64,000 nucleotides of DNA from Candidatus Enterousia sp. (lineage in GTDB: Bacteria > Pseudomonadota > Alphaproteobacteria > Rs-D84): the NCBI GenBank assembly GCA_045587125.1, contig JAZNBN010000023.1, positions 879 through 64,878 of the forward strand. The letters are read 5' to 3'. Position numbers and translations under genes: made by a program. Below are positions 19,416 to 29,139 of the stretch, in pieces. A model generated the notes under the pieces. The model was given only the letters and a program-made list of their open reading frames with translations. It searched no databases and was not told the origin of the DNA. Each line of letters opens with the position of its first letter. Positions within the stretch are counted from its first letter, which is position 1.

Positions 19416-19444
19416 ATTTTATCACAAATTAAAAAATCCCACAA
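19416..19444 (-). promoter_or_regulatory. Putative promoter of the leader and surface gene
   Basis: TTGTGG, 17 nt, then TAAAAT with an extended TG; the TGATAAAAT element is conserved at 39996-40004. Confidence 0.55.
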
Positions 19445-19453
19445 GGAGATTTT

Positions 19454-19549
19454 AAAATAAATTAGAATGATTTAGATAAAAGAAAAACGGGAATCGTAGT
19501 GTACAAACGCTACATGAGATTCCCGTTTTAATTTTAGATGAATTATTAT
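19454..19549 (+). repeat. Structured palindromic element, type B (AAAACGGGAATC stem), right end truncated
   Basis: Same termini and core as type A, with a different but still complementary stem; near-identical to 40103-40208. Confidence 0.9.
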
Positions 19550-19560
19550 CCGATAAATAG

Positions 19561-19664
19561 AAATAAATTAGAATGATTTAGATACGCACAGTGCCGGCAA
19601 CGTAGTGCACAAGTGTTACATGAGTTGCCGGCACCGTGTGTGGATGAATTATTATAATTTATTT
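19561..19664 (+). repeat. Structured palindromic element, type A
   Basis: Direct repeat of 17538-17643; overlaps the efp stop codon. Confidence 0.9.
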
Positions 19665-20228
19665 AGCACGTTCTACGTATTCTAATGTTTCCGTATTAAC
19701 AACAATTTTTTCGCCTTGTTCAATAAATAATGGAACCTGAACACGAACACCATTATCCAAAATTGCAGGTTTACCACCACTGCTGGAAACTGTTTGACCT
19801 TTTAATGCAGGTTCTGTTTCTTCAACGGTTGCAATAACTGTCTTTGGCAATGAAATAGATACAGGTTGACCTTCTACAAAGTTTGCCTTGACCGTCATTT
19901 CAGGTGCCAAGAATTTCATCATTTCACCCAAAGAATCAACAGGCATTGTAAATTGTTCATAGTCAGACAAATTCATAAAGAACGCATCTGTGCCATCTGC
20001 ATACAGATATTGACATTCAATATCTTCAACCATTAATTTTTCAACTTTGTCTTCTGCACGCCAACGATCACCACCTTTGTTACCAGAATCAATATCACGC
20101 AGGTCTGCCTGAACAAACGCGCCACCCTTGCCTGGTTTAACCTTGGTAATTGATGTAACAGAATAACGTTTACCATTGTGGGAAATCACCCAACCAACAC
20201 GCATATCATTTGCAATATAAGATGCCAT
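19659..20228 (-). CDS. efp: Translation elongation factor P
   Basis: KPGKGGAFVQ, QYLY.DG, KPAILDNGVRVQVPLFI. Confidence 0.95.
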   Translation of the reverse strand: MASYIANDMRVGWVISHNGKRYSVTSITKVKPGKGGAFVQADLRDIDSGNKGGDRWRAEDKVEKLMVEDIECQYLYADGTDAFFMNLSDYEQFTMPVDSLGEMMKFLAPEMTVKANFVEGQPVSISLPKTVIATVEETEPALKGQTVSSSGGKPAILDNGVRVQVPLFIEQGEKIVVNTETLEYVERAK

Positions 20229-20293
20229 AATAAATACCTCTTTTTATTTAACTGTTTGGATTATAAGAATAATAACACACAACGCAAGATTTT

Positions 20294-20836
20294 TTATTGA
20301 CCTTGGCGTTTATGTGTCCAATATCTGTCGATACTGTCCATAATCAATTTATCCGCTGTTTCACGATCTGCCCAACCAACAACCTTGGACCACGCATGTG
20401 GTTGCAAATCTTTGTAATGCTGAAAAAAATATTTTATCTTGGACCGCAAAATCTTTGGTAATTGGTCAATAAATTCCGTATCTGTATAAAAAGGATCAAC
20501 CTTGTCCAACGGAACACAAATAATCTTTTCATCACCACCGGCTTGATCTTCCATAATCAATGCACCAATTGGCCTTACTTCAATCAAAATACCCGGACGC
20601 AATGGCGCATTACATACAACGACACAATCCAACGGGTCACCATCATCACCCAATGTACCTGGAAAATATCCATAGTTCGCAGGATACGCCATTGGTGTAT
20701 GTAAAATTCTGTCCGCCTTTAATAATCCTGTCTCTTTATTAATTTCATATTTCACATAACCACCTTCGGGAACTTCTATAATTGCATTCATTTGTTTTGG
20801 CGGCATTGCCCCGGGGGTGATTTCATTCAAAGTCAT
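20294..20836 (-). CDS. ppa: Inorganic pyrophosphatase (family I)
   Basis: KYEI, YPANYGY, DGDPLD, D..GGDEKI, FFQHYKDL. Confidence 0.95.
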   Translation of the reverse strand: MTLNEITPGAMPPKQMNAIIEVPEGGYVKYEINKETGLLKADRILHTPMAYPANYGYFPGTLGDDGDPLDCVVVCNAPLRPGILIEVRPIGALIMEDQAGGDEKIICVPLDKVDPFYTDTEFIDQLPKILRSKIKYFFQHYKDLQPHAWSKVVGWADRETADKLIMDSIDRYWTHKRQGQ

Positions 20837-20899
20837 AATTACTCCTATTTTTATTACTGACCAATACTATCATAAAAAACAAGTTTTGCAACCTGCCCT

Positions 20900-20928
20900 A
20901 AAAAAATCCGCCGTTGGCGGATTTTTTT
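20900..20928 (-). terminator. Intrinsic terminator of dnaN
   Basis: AAAAAAATCCGCC-GTT-GGCGGATTTTTTT. Confidence 0.8.
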
Positions 20929-20936
20929 ATTCTCTC

Positions 20937-22055
20937 CTACATTCTCATCGGCATTAATACATACAAAGCATCTGTATTTTTGTCCGTAGAATTTATTTTT
21001 GTTGGTGCCAATGGGTCTTGCATTTCCATTTGGAATTTTTCACCTTCAACCTGACCGGCGACATCCAACAAGAACTTTACATTAAAGACAACTGTAAACG
21101 AACTATCGTCATTATATTCAATGTCTAATTCTTGGGTTGCAGTACCTGCATCTGGGCTGGACGCATTGATAACCAATTTGTTCATACTGAACGTCAATTG
21201 AACAGATTTTGTTTTATCAACACTGGCCACAGAAACCAAGTCAACCGCGTTAATAAATTGCTTTCTATCCAAAATTGCAATTTTATCATTACCTTTTGGA
21301 ATAACGACACGATAATTTGGATATTGTGCATCAACCAATTTACTGGTCAAAGTTGCCGCCCCAACTGTAAAACGAGCCTTGGTATCAGACAATTCAACCA
21401 TAACGTCATCAACGTTGGCATCTTCTAATAATTTTGACAATTCACCAATAACTCTGCGTGGCAAAATAACCGCTGGCATTTCATTGCTGCCCGCAGGTGC
21501 AGGTATTGCACACAATGCCATACGTTGTGCGTCTGTTGCAACGGCTGTTAATTTTTTAACATCTGCATCATCAGAAATATGGAAATAAATACCACCCAAA
21601 TGATAACGAACATCATCTGTTGGAATTGCAAACTTTGTTTGATTGATTAAGTGTGCCAAATCACCAGTTGTCATTTGAAATTTGGTTGTCAAATTGCTAC
21701 CCGCCATAGCAGGGAAATTTTCTGCCGGCAAAGTTGGTAAACGAAATACAGCACGTCCACTGGACACAACCAATTGGTCACCAGACTGTTTAAAAGAAAT
21801 TTCTGCATCATCTGGCAATTTACGAACAATATCGTACAACATCTGTACAGGAACAGTGATTTTACCACCCAGTGTAATATCAGCCGCCACATGTTCGACC
21901 AATTCCAAATCAACATTTGTTGCAGATAAAATCAAATCATCTGCTGCTTCTATTTTAACATTCATCAATATCGGCAGTGTTGCACGCTTTTCCACAATAG
22001 ACTGCATATGTCCCAGCGCACGTATCAAAACCTGACGAAATACTGAAAATTCCAT
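20937..22055 (-). CDS. dnaN: DNA polymerase III beta sliding clamp
   Basis: TLPILMNV, VATD..RM, SKLVDAQYPNYRVVIP, C-terminal YVLMPMRM. Confidence 0.95.
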   Translation of the reverse strand: MEFSVFRQVLIRALGHMQSIVEKRATLPILMNVKIEAADDLILSATNVDLELVEHVAADITLGGKITVPVQMLYDIVRKLPDDAEISFKQSGDQLVVSSGRAVFRLPTLPAENFPAMAGSNLTTKFQMTTGDLAHLINQTKFAIPTDDVRYHLGGIYFHISDDADVKKLTAVATDAQRMALCAIPAPAGSNEMPAVILPRRVIGELSKLLEDANVDDVMVELSDTKARFTVGAATLTSKLVDAQYPNYRVVIPKGNDKIAILDRKQFINAVDLVSVASVDKTKSVQLTFSMNKLVINASSPDAGTATQELDIEYNDDSSFTVVFNVKFLLDVAGQVEGEKFQMEMQDPLAPTKINSTDKNTDALYVLMPMRM

Positions 22056-22180
22056 TATACGCTCCTGTTTCCTTTTATATTTACGTGTGTTTTCCTACAC
22101 CCTTTGAGGCAAGTTTAACAAAAAACACCGATTCGGTGCAAGACCAAAAGCACAACAAAAACAAAAAAAACAACAAAACT

Positions 22181-24241
22181 TTATACTTTTATCATATTTT
22201 TGATTAAATCCATAACAGGCACACTAAACCATTCGGGATCATCTTCATATACAGGCGCACCCTTTTTCATAGCTGTTTTACAAGGATTATCATCAGCCAA
22301 CCAATTTTCCAACAAATCCCCCGCGACCAAACCGATACCCGCGCCTGCAACCAAACTGATACCACCTGTAAATGGTGCCAACAACAACCCCAATCCTGTT
22401 GCGGAAACAACTTTGCCTGCCACAGATGCACCATTAATACTGATATCTGGTTCTGCTAGGCTTCCACTGATTGCAACTGAATTTACAACATTACCCGTCA
22501 AAGATAATTTCAATCCGCGCACCGGCACCGTTGTCAAAGACAATTTCATTTCCTCGTCCCCCAAATTCAAAGAACCAACCAACCCTATGTTCAATGCATT
22601 TGTTTCAATTGCAAAACCATTTTCTGTTTTTAACACCCCATCTCGCAATATTGCATTTAATACCATACAAGAAACTTTTATTTGATTATGCTTTTTTTCT
22701 GAACTAAATAAATCTTCTATATTATGTCTAAGTGATGTTAAAAAATCCCTGCCGTACATATAAGATACCAATGCAGAATGTGCATACCCCGCCCCCACAG
22801 AATAAACCTGAACCGGTCCTGATATTGTATTCATAATATCTGACAGATTTTTACCATTTGCCTGAACATAAAACTCAATATTCACAGGCAAATCAGATAA
22901 AAAATCATTTATATACACTTCTTCTAATACATTTCCCACAGAAACACCCCGACCAAAAAATGCAACCTTTGACCAGATATGCCCATCTTTATCAACATCT
23001 GCATCTATGGCAAAATCTATATCACCTTTGGCAAAAGATAAATCCGAATCGATTCGAATATGATTATTTTGTGCACGTAACATCAGGTTTAATTTTTGCA
23101 AATTCAAACTACGATAAACAATAAAATCGTCCATTTTCACATCAATATTAACCGTCTTGCCATAAAATACATTACCGAACAAAGGTATATCTTTAAATAC
23201 ATTTAACTTACGATGTTTTACGATAATACGACGTTCATACATTCCAGGAAAAGCCTTTTGCAAATCGAAATTTTTAGAATACACATCTAAATCTATAACA
23301 TGATTTTTATTGGTCCAATCATATTCACCTGTAAAAGACACTTTGACATTATGAAACATTATATCTGATTTACGTAATATTAATTTTTTTCTATCAAACC
23401 CACCCGCTATATCAACACCTATATTTTTAACAGCCGATAAATTTACATCGAAAAAATCACCCAGCATTGTCATATCTGGCAAATCACCCTTAACAATAAA
23501 ATCTATTGGTAATTTACTTGTTCCTTCTAATGCAACATTCGCAATCAACGCATCACCACCTGTGGCAAGTGCCATCTGCACAGGATAAACTTTTCGTTCC
23601 TGATTATATTCAGACACAGAAATTATAAAAGGCAACATATCTTTATCTGCTTTTATCCATCCTGAATATTCACGATTTTTTTTCTTATTACTTAAATGAA
23701 TATTAAATCCAGCCAAATCATATTTTTTATTTAAAATATTCATTTTTAAATTTTTTATTTCTATTCCACCCAACCCCATATCTTTAAACGGATATTTTTC
23801 TGGCTCTGTCTTTGCATCTAGATTCTCTTGAACATTAAATTTTGGCACAGAATATTCACCATTTGCCCCCTCTTCAATATTAACATCTACATCATATAAT
23901 TTTATATTGTGAATAGTCGGAGTGCTGCGAAACAATGAAAATAAATTTAATCTAACGTCTATTTTTTTTGTGCTATACGCACACTTATTCTTTGCCCAAG
24001 CCGCATTTTCCACACAAACATCATCTAATTCTATTTGCGGTCGCAAAGACAATTTCCACGAAACATTCCCATTTATTTTAACTGGCACCCCTGTAACTTC
24101 TTGTAACACAGACACGACACTGCCACGCAATGTATCAATATTTACCTGACTAAGTGCAACAACCAATGCCACAACCAACGCCACAAAAATAATTGTGAAC
24201 AACCTAAGCACATCAAAAAAAACACTTCCGTTTGTTCTCAT
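22181..24241 (-). CDS. AsmA family protein
   Basis: N-terminal TM anchor, G.PVKING...SLRPQI, beta-rich body, C-terminal ISGSLAEP. Confidence 0.75.
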   Translation of the reverse strand: MRTNGSVFFDVLRLFTIIFVALVVALVVALSQVNIDTLRGSVVSVLQEVTGVPVKINGNVSWKLSLRPQIELDDVCVENAAWAKNKCAYSTKKIDVRLNLFSLFRSTPTIHNIKLYDVDVNIEEGANGEYSVPKFNVQENLDAKTEPEKYPFKDMGLGGIEIKNLKMNILNKKYDLAGFNIHLSNKKKNREYSGWIKADKDMLPFIISVSEYNQERKVYPVQMALATGGDALIANVALEGTSKLPIDFIVKGDLPDMTMLGDFFDVNLSAVKNIGVDIAGGFDRKKLILRKSDIMFHNVKVSFTGEYDWTNKNHVIDLDVYSKNFDLQKAFPGMYERRIIVKHRKLNVFKDIPLFGNVFYGKTVNIDVKMDDFIVYRSLNLQKLNLMLRAQNNHIRIDSDLSFAKGDIDFAIDADVDKDGHIWSKVAFFGRGVSVGNVLEEVYINDFLSDLPVNIEFYVQANGKNLSDIMNTISGPVQVYSVGAGYAHSALVSYMYGRDFLTSLRHNIEDLFSSEKKHNQIKVSCMVLNAILRDGVLKTENGFAIETNALNIGLVGSLNLGDEEMKLSLTTVPVRGLKLSLTGNVVNSVAISGSLAEPDISINGASVAGKVVSATGLGLLLAPFTGGISLVAGAGIGLVAGDLLENWLADDNPCKTAMKKGAPVYEDDPEWFSVPVMDLIKNMIKV

Positions 24242-25224
24242 GGCAATTTAAATTCCAACAACTTCATAACAGGCAACATAAATTCAGGCACAGTCGCACG
24301 CAAAGTCATCATACGACCAGATGACGGATGCTGAAATGTTATCTTGTATGCAAACAAAAATAAATTATTTGTTTGTAGCATTGAAGTTAGCATACTATCC
24401 ATCTTTTTATCACGTCCATATAAATTATCACCAACAATCGGGGCATTCAAAGACAACGCACTATGCAATCTTAATTGATGTGTACGCCCAGTTTTCGGTG
24501 AAAACAACACCCATGACACACAGCCAGATGCCTGAGACAAAACCTTGTATTCCGTAACCGCACGCTGTGGACGTTGTCCTGTACCATTATTTATACGTTG
24601 TGGGGTATCAAAAACCTGCCCTTTGACCATATAGTTATCAATCACCCCGGTTTCAGGATTAACACCACCATTTAGTAACGCCAAATATTCTTTGTGTGCA
24701 GTTTTATTTTGAAATGCGTCCGATAATTTTTGTGCGGCCCTTTGATTTTTCGCAACCACCAAAACACCACTTGTTTCCCTATCCAAACGATGCACCAAAG
24801 ATATTTTATCATATGGAAATAATGCCGCAGCCATTTTATCAACAGATTTTCTGATACCGGTTCCACCCTGAACAGCCAACCCAGCAGGTTTATTAAATAC
24901 AACAATATCATCATCGTTGTGAATGATACATTTTCTTAATTCTTCTAAATCTGTCAAAGAAAACAATTCACCATTTTCTGTTTTTTTATCAGGCACCTTG
25001 GCATAACTTGTAACGGTGGGCGGCACACGTACAACATCACCTGTACGCAGGATTTCTTGACCATGCACACGTTTTGAATTCACACGAATTTGACCACCGC
25101 GACACAATTTATAAAAATCTTTCTGTGGCATAGACGCAAAATGTCGCAAAAACCATCGCAACAAACGAACACCATCTTCTACCTGGGAAATTGTAATAAA
25201 TTCTGCCAAATTACTACCCCGCAC
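24238..25224 (-). CDS. RluA/RluC-family 23S rRNA pseudouridine synthase
   Basis: S4-like N-terminus, NKPAGLAVQGG, VHRLDRETSG, TGRTHQLR, PIVGD.LYG. Confidence 0.9.
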   Translation of the reverse strand: MRGSNLAEFITISQVEDGVRLLRWFLRHFASMPQKDFYKLCRGGQIRVNSKRVHGQEILRTGDVVRVPPTVTSYAKVPDKKTENGELFSLTDLEELRKCIIHNDDDIVVFNKPAGLAVQGGTGIRKSVDKMAAALFPYDKISLVHRLDRETSGVLVVAKNQRAAQKLSDAFQNKTAHKEYLALLNGGVNPETGVIDNYMVKGQVFDTPQRINNGTGQRPQRAVTEYKVLSQASGCVSWVLFSPKTGRTHQLRLHSALSLNAPIVGDNLYGRDKKMDSMLTSMLQTNNLFLFAYKITFQHPSSGRMMTLRATVPEFMLPVMKLLEFKLP

Positions 25225-25235
25225 ACAACGTAATT

Positions 25236-25700
25236 TTATTCACCATATGTTATCTGAACATAGTTTGTTGAACTGCCACCATTACAACTGCCTGTGGCAC
25301 CACCACTTTTTCCACCCGTCAATCTATATTCAACCGAATCGGACCACGCCTTGGCCAACAATGCCTCACATTCTGTTTTACCCAATCCATCAATGGTAAC
25401 AATAAACTGATGCGGATTAGATGGATCAACAGACAAAGCATATTTTCCACCGTATGGATTTGTATTTGACATCCCAATCACGCCAAATATTGTCGCACCA
25501 TTCATAGCAGAAAAATCATCATATTCCCCATGAATTGTGCGTACCATAGTAACCATTTGAACAACTTCGTCATTAACTGCTGTCAATTTTTGAGTACGCA
25601 TTGCAGTTGAAATCATTCCAATTGCGCCAACTGTGATAACCCCCATAATTGCCAACACACCCAACATTTCAATCATTGAACGACCAGATTCTTGTCTCAT
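25236..25700 (-). CDS. Type IV pilin / pseudopilin
   Basis: Class III signal ESG|RSMIEMLGVLAI with Glu at +5; NPYGG motif; C-terminal Cys pair. Confidence 0.8.
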   Translation of the reverse strand: MRQESGRSMIEMLGVLAIMGVITVGAIGMISTAMRTQKLTAVNDEVVQMVTMVRTIHGEYDDFSAMNGATIFGVIGMSNTNPYGGKYALSVDPSNPHQFIVTIDGLGKTECEALLAKAWSDSVEYRLTGGKSGGATGSCNGGSSTNYVQITYGE

Positions 25701-25750
25701 ATTTAAACCTCTATTTGCTATTTAACAATTCTTATTCTATCATAAAAAGC

Positions 25751-27169
25751 ATGAATATTCAATTTTCTGATTTAATAGAAAACGCACCTGCGGCCCCCGG
25801 TATATACAAGATGTATGATACCGATGGTAACCTGTTATACGTAGGCAAAGCAAAAAACATTTCCAATCGGCTTAAACAATACCAAGACATTTCAAAACTG
25901 GAATTACACAAACAGGTTATGCGAACACTGGTTTCACGCATAGAATGGGAAACAGTCCCCACAGAATCAGATGCATTACTGCGCGAACAAGAATTAATAA
26001 AAACACAAAAGCCAAAATACAACATTATGCTGACCGACGGTAAAATGTATCCTATGTTGGCATTAACAAATGAAGAATACCCACGTCTATTAAAATTCCG
26101 TGGAAAAATTTCGCAACGACGTGATGTATATGGTCCATACCCATCTGTATCTGCTTTGAACGAAACAATCAAAACAATACAAAAAGTTTGCCAAATACGC
26201 ACATGTACAAACACACAAATGCACAATCGAACACGTCCATGCTTATTACATCAAATCGGACGTTGCAGTGCACCATGCTGTTACCCAAACCAAGAAAAAT
26301 ACGCAGAAAACATGCGTATAGCACGAAAAATATTAACAGGTGACAGCGAACCAATCATCTCAGACTTAACAAAACAAATGCAAACATTTTCTGACAAAAT
26401 GGATTTCGAATCTGCCGCCATTATACGCGACAAAATATCCGCATTAACACACACATCAAATCGCGGTATACGCCAAAAACATGCGTACAGCACGAATTTG
26501 GATCGGAACAAAAATGTATCTGATTTAGAAAAATGGTTAGGTATAAAAATAAATTTAGCGGGTGTATTTGATAACTCTCATATATTTGGGAAAAGTCCTG
26601 TTGGTGCCATGATAACCTTTGGGCATAATGGATTTGAGAAATCTGGTTACAGACATTTTAAATTACAAGACAAATCACGTGCCGGAAACGACATAGCAAT
26701 GATGTCAGAATTCATAAAACGTGCCACAGAACGTGGTCCAAAACTGGACTTAATAATTGTTGATGGCGGTATTGCACAATGGAATATTGCGAATCGGGTT
26801 GCAGGTGGAATACCGGTAATGGGCGTTACCAAAGGCGAAGTACGTGATGGTGACGAACATTTTATATTACCCGACGGCACTGTATCAACAAACCTGCCCA
26901 AAGACAGTCCTTTGTTTTTAATGTTACGCCGTGTTCGTGACGAAGCACACAGATTTGTAATAACATATCATCGTTCGGTTCGTGCAAAACAAATGACCGC
27001 ATCTGTACTTGATGAAATAGAAGGCATTGGTCCAACCAGAAAACGTGCATTACTGCAACATTTTGGTTCATTACAATCAATAATAGACGCCGATTTACCC
27101 GCCTTGATTCATGTACCCGGCCTTGGCAAAACAGCCGCTAAAAAAATATATGCCCATTTTCATTCATAA
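25751..27169 (+). CDS. uvrC: Excinuclease ABC subunit C (compact)
   Basis: PGIY..LYVGKAKN GIY-YIG domain, PCLLHQIGRCSAPC, FESAAIIRD, FDNSH, IVDGG, RDEAHRF, HhH. Confidence 0.95.
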   Translation: MNIQFSDLIENAPAAPGIYKMYDTDGNLLYVGKAKNISNRLKQYQDISKLELHKQVMRTLVSRIEWETVPTESDALLREQELIKTQKPKYNIMLTDGKMYPMLALTNEEYPRLLKFRGKISQRRDVYGPYPSVSALNETIKTIQKVCQIRTCTNTQMHNRTRPCLLHQIGRCSAPCCYPNQEKYAENMRIARKILTGDSEPIISDLTKQMQTFSDKMDFESAAIIRDKISALTHTSNRGIRQKHAYSTNLDRNKNVSDLEKWLGIKINLAGVFDNSHIFGKSPVGAMITFGHNGFEKSGYRHFKLQDKSRAGNDIAMMSEFIKRATERGPKLDLIIVDGGIAQWNIANRVAGGIPVMGVTKGEVRDGDEHFILPDGTVSTNLPKDSPLFLMLRRVRDEAHRFVITYHRSVRAKQMTASVLDEIEGIGPTRKRALLQHFGSLQSIIDADLPALIHVPGLGKTAAKKIYAHFHS

Positions 27170-27217
27170 ATGATATAATCATTCTATTCATGGATTTATA
27201 ACAAAAGGAGAAAAAAC

Positions 27218-27817
27218 ATGAAATTTTTTGTAAACTTTTTATCTGCATTTCGCATCGCTGCTGCATTTGCAATAATTCCAACATTAATGTTTGGTTTATA
27301 TTGGACAACATTTATTCTTTATATCTTGGCTGCATTATCTGACTTTTTTGATGGATACTTGGCACGCAAATACAATGTTTGTTCAAAACTGGGTGGTGTA
27401 ATGGACCACATCGGCGATAAATTATTGGTTACGAACACATTAATAATGTTAACAATCATGATGCCTGTTTGGTTTGTTACGGTTCCTGTTATCATAATGA
27501 TTGCACGTGAATTATATATCAGTGGTTTACGTGAATTTTTAGGCACACAAAAAATAGAAATGCCTGTCCCAAAGGCACGATTTTCCATGGGAAAAATTAA
27601 AACATCTTTTCAAATGATATCCATTGCGGCATTTTTGTTATTGTTCGCCATCAGTTCATTAATATCCGCCGAAACAACCAGTCGTTTCTTTATGTACGCA
27701 ATTTATACATTACCACATATCGGAATTGTAGGCATTTGGGCATCTCTGATTGCATCAATCTGGTCTGCAACAGAATACACAAAAACATTTATTGAAAAAT
27801 TAAAAAAAGTAAAATAA
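27218..27817 (+). CDS. pgsA: CDP-diacylglycerol--glycerol-3-phosphate 3-phosphatidyltransferase
   Basis: DFFDGYLAR...S.LG..MDHIGDKLL; follows uvrC. Confidence 0.85.
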   Translation: MKFFVNFLSAFRIAAAFAIIPTLMFGLYWTTFILYILAALSDFFDGYLARKYNVCSKLGGVMDHIGDKLLVTNTLIMLTIMMPVWFVTVPVIIMIARELYISGLREFLGTQKIEMPVPKARFSMGKIKTSFQMISIAAFLLLFAISSLISAETTSRFFMYAIYTLPHIGIVGIWASLIASIWSATEYTKTFIEKLKKVK

Positions 27818-27836
27818 AAAAATCGTCTATACGCAT

Positions 27837-27860
27837 AAAAACCGCCATTTGGCGGTTTTT
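27837..27860. terminator. Bidirectional intrinsic terminator
   Basis: AAAAACCGCC-ATTT-GGCGGTTTTT. Confidence 0.8.
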
Positions 27861-27871
27861 ATTTATCTTGA

Positions 27872-29005
27872 TTAAAACCAACTTTTTTTATCTGATTTTA
27901 TGTTGGCAAATTCATTTAAAATCTTTTTTTGCTTATCAGATAATTTTGTTGGAATATGCACACCCACATCTATATACAAATCACCATACGACCCCGAACG
28001 ACGCATAGATGGCATACCATGCCCACGGACACGTAATTTTTCACCAACCTGGGTACCAGACGGAACTTTGACACCCAACTTTTTATCATCTATTGTTTCA
28101 ATTTCTATTTCACCACCCAATGCCAACGTAGTAAAAGGCACATCTATATGCATAATTAAATCATTGCCATGGCGTTCAAATCTTTTATCCGGTCTGACAC
28201 GTATATCTAAATAGAAATCACCCGCAGGTGCACCATTTGTACCTGCTTCGCCCTGACCCGCCAAACGCAATCTGGCACCATCTTCTACACCGGCTGGAAT
28301 TTTTACCTCCAACGTACGTTGTTTATTTTGCACACCACTGCCATCACATTCACTGCATTTCTTAGAAATTTTGCGTCCCAACCCATTACATTCTGGGCAT
28401 GGGCTTTCCATTGCAAAGAAACCTTGACGTGTTTGTACAAAACCACTGCCACCACAACGTTCACACACAGGTGCAGGTTTTCCGTCTGCCGTCCCATGAC
28501 CATGACATTTTTCACATTCTACATTACTAGAAAATTTAACAGTATGTGTTTTACCAAAGAACGCATCTTTTAAATCTATGACAACCTCGTCCAGCAAATC
28601 ACGTCCGCCACGTTGGGGTGCACCGCGTTGTGGTCCGCCACCGAAATCGCCACCGAAACCGAATCCACGCATTGCTTCACGCAGTATATCTTCCATACCT
28701 GCGCCACCACCCATATTAAAGTGAAACGCACCATTACCAAATGGATTACCGCCACCAAAACCTGCACCAGACGCATTTCCACCCGCAAACGCAGCATCGC
28801 CGAAACGGTCATAAGCCGCCCTTTTCTGTGGGTCTTTTAATATATCAAATGCGTTATTAACTTCTTTAAATTTTTCTTCTGCATCTTTGTTATCAGGATT
28901 TCTATCCGGATGATATTTCATAACTAATTTATGATATGCTTTTTTAATATCAGAATCTGTTGCATCACGTGCAACACCCAAAACTTCATAAGGATTTTTA
29001 TTCAT
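27872..29005 (-). CDS. dnaJ: Chaperone DnaJ
   Basis: HPD J-domain, G/F region, four CxxCxGxG repeats; start moved to 29005. Confidence 0.95.
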   Translation of the reverse strand: MNKNPYEVLGVARDATDSDIKKAYHKLVMKYHPDRNPDNKDAEEKFKEVNNAFDILKDPQKRAAYDRFGDAAFAGGNASGAGFGGGNPFGNGAFHFNMGGGAGMEDILREAMRGFGFGGDFGGGPQRGAPQRGGRDLLDEVVIDLKDAFFGKTHTVKFSSNVECEKCHGHGTADGKPAPVCERCGGSGFVQTRQGFFAMESPCPECNGLGRKISKKCSECDGSGVQNKQRTLEVKIPAGVEDGARLRLAGQGEAGTNGAPAGDFYLDIRVRPDKRFERHGNDLIMHIDVPFTTLALGGEIEIETIDDKKLGVKVPSGTQVGEKLRVRGHGMPSMRRSGSYGDLYIDVGVHIPTKLSDKQKKILNEFANIKSDKKSWF

Positions 29006-29139
29006 TTTTTCTGTCCATATAATTATATCGTTATGACATATATAAGATATCACATCTAAAATTCAAGTCCATAATATTAAATATGCTTAAATTCTTTGGA
29101 CTTGCGTAAATTTCAAAAATGTACTAATAATTAATTGCT

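Noticed and set aside
17538-19664. CRISPR array
   Set aside because: The repeats are ~100 bp, dispersed and not separated by regular unique spacers; no cas genes are present.
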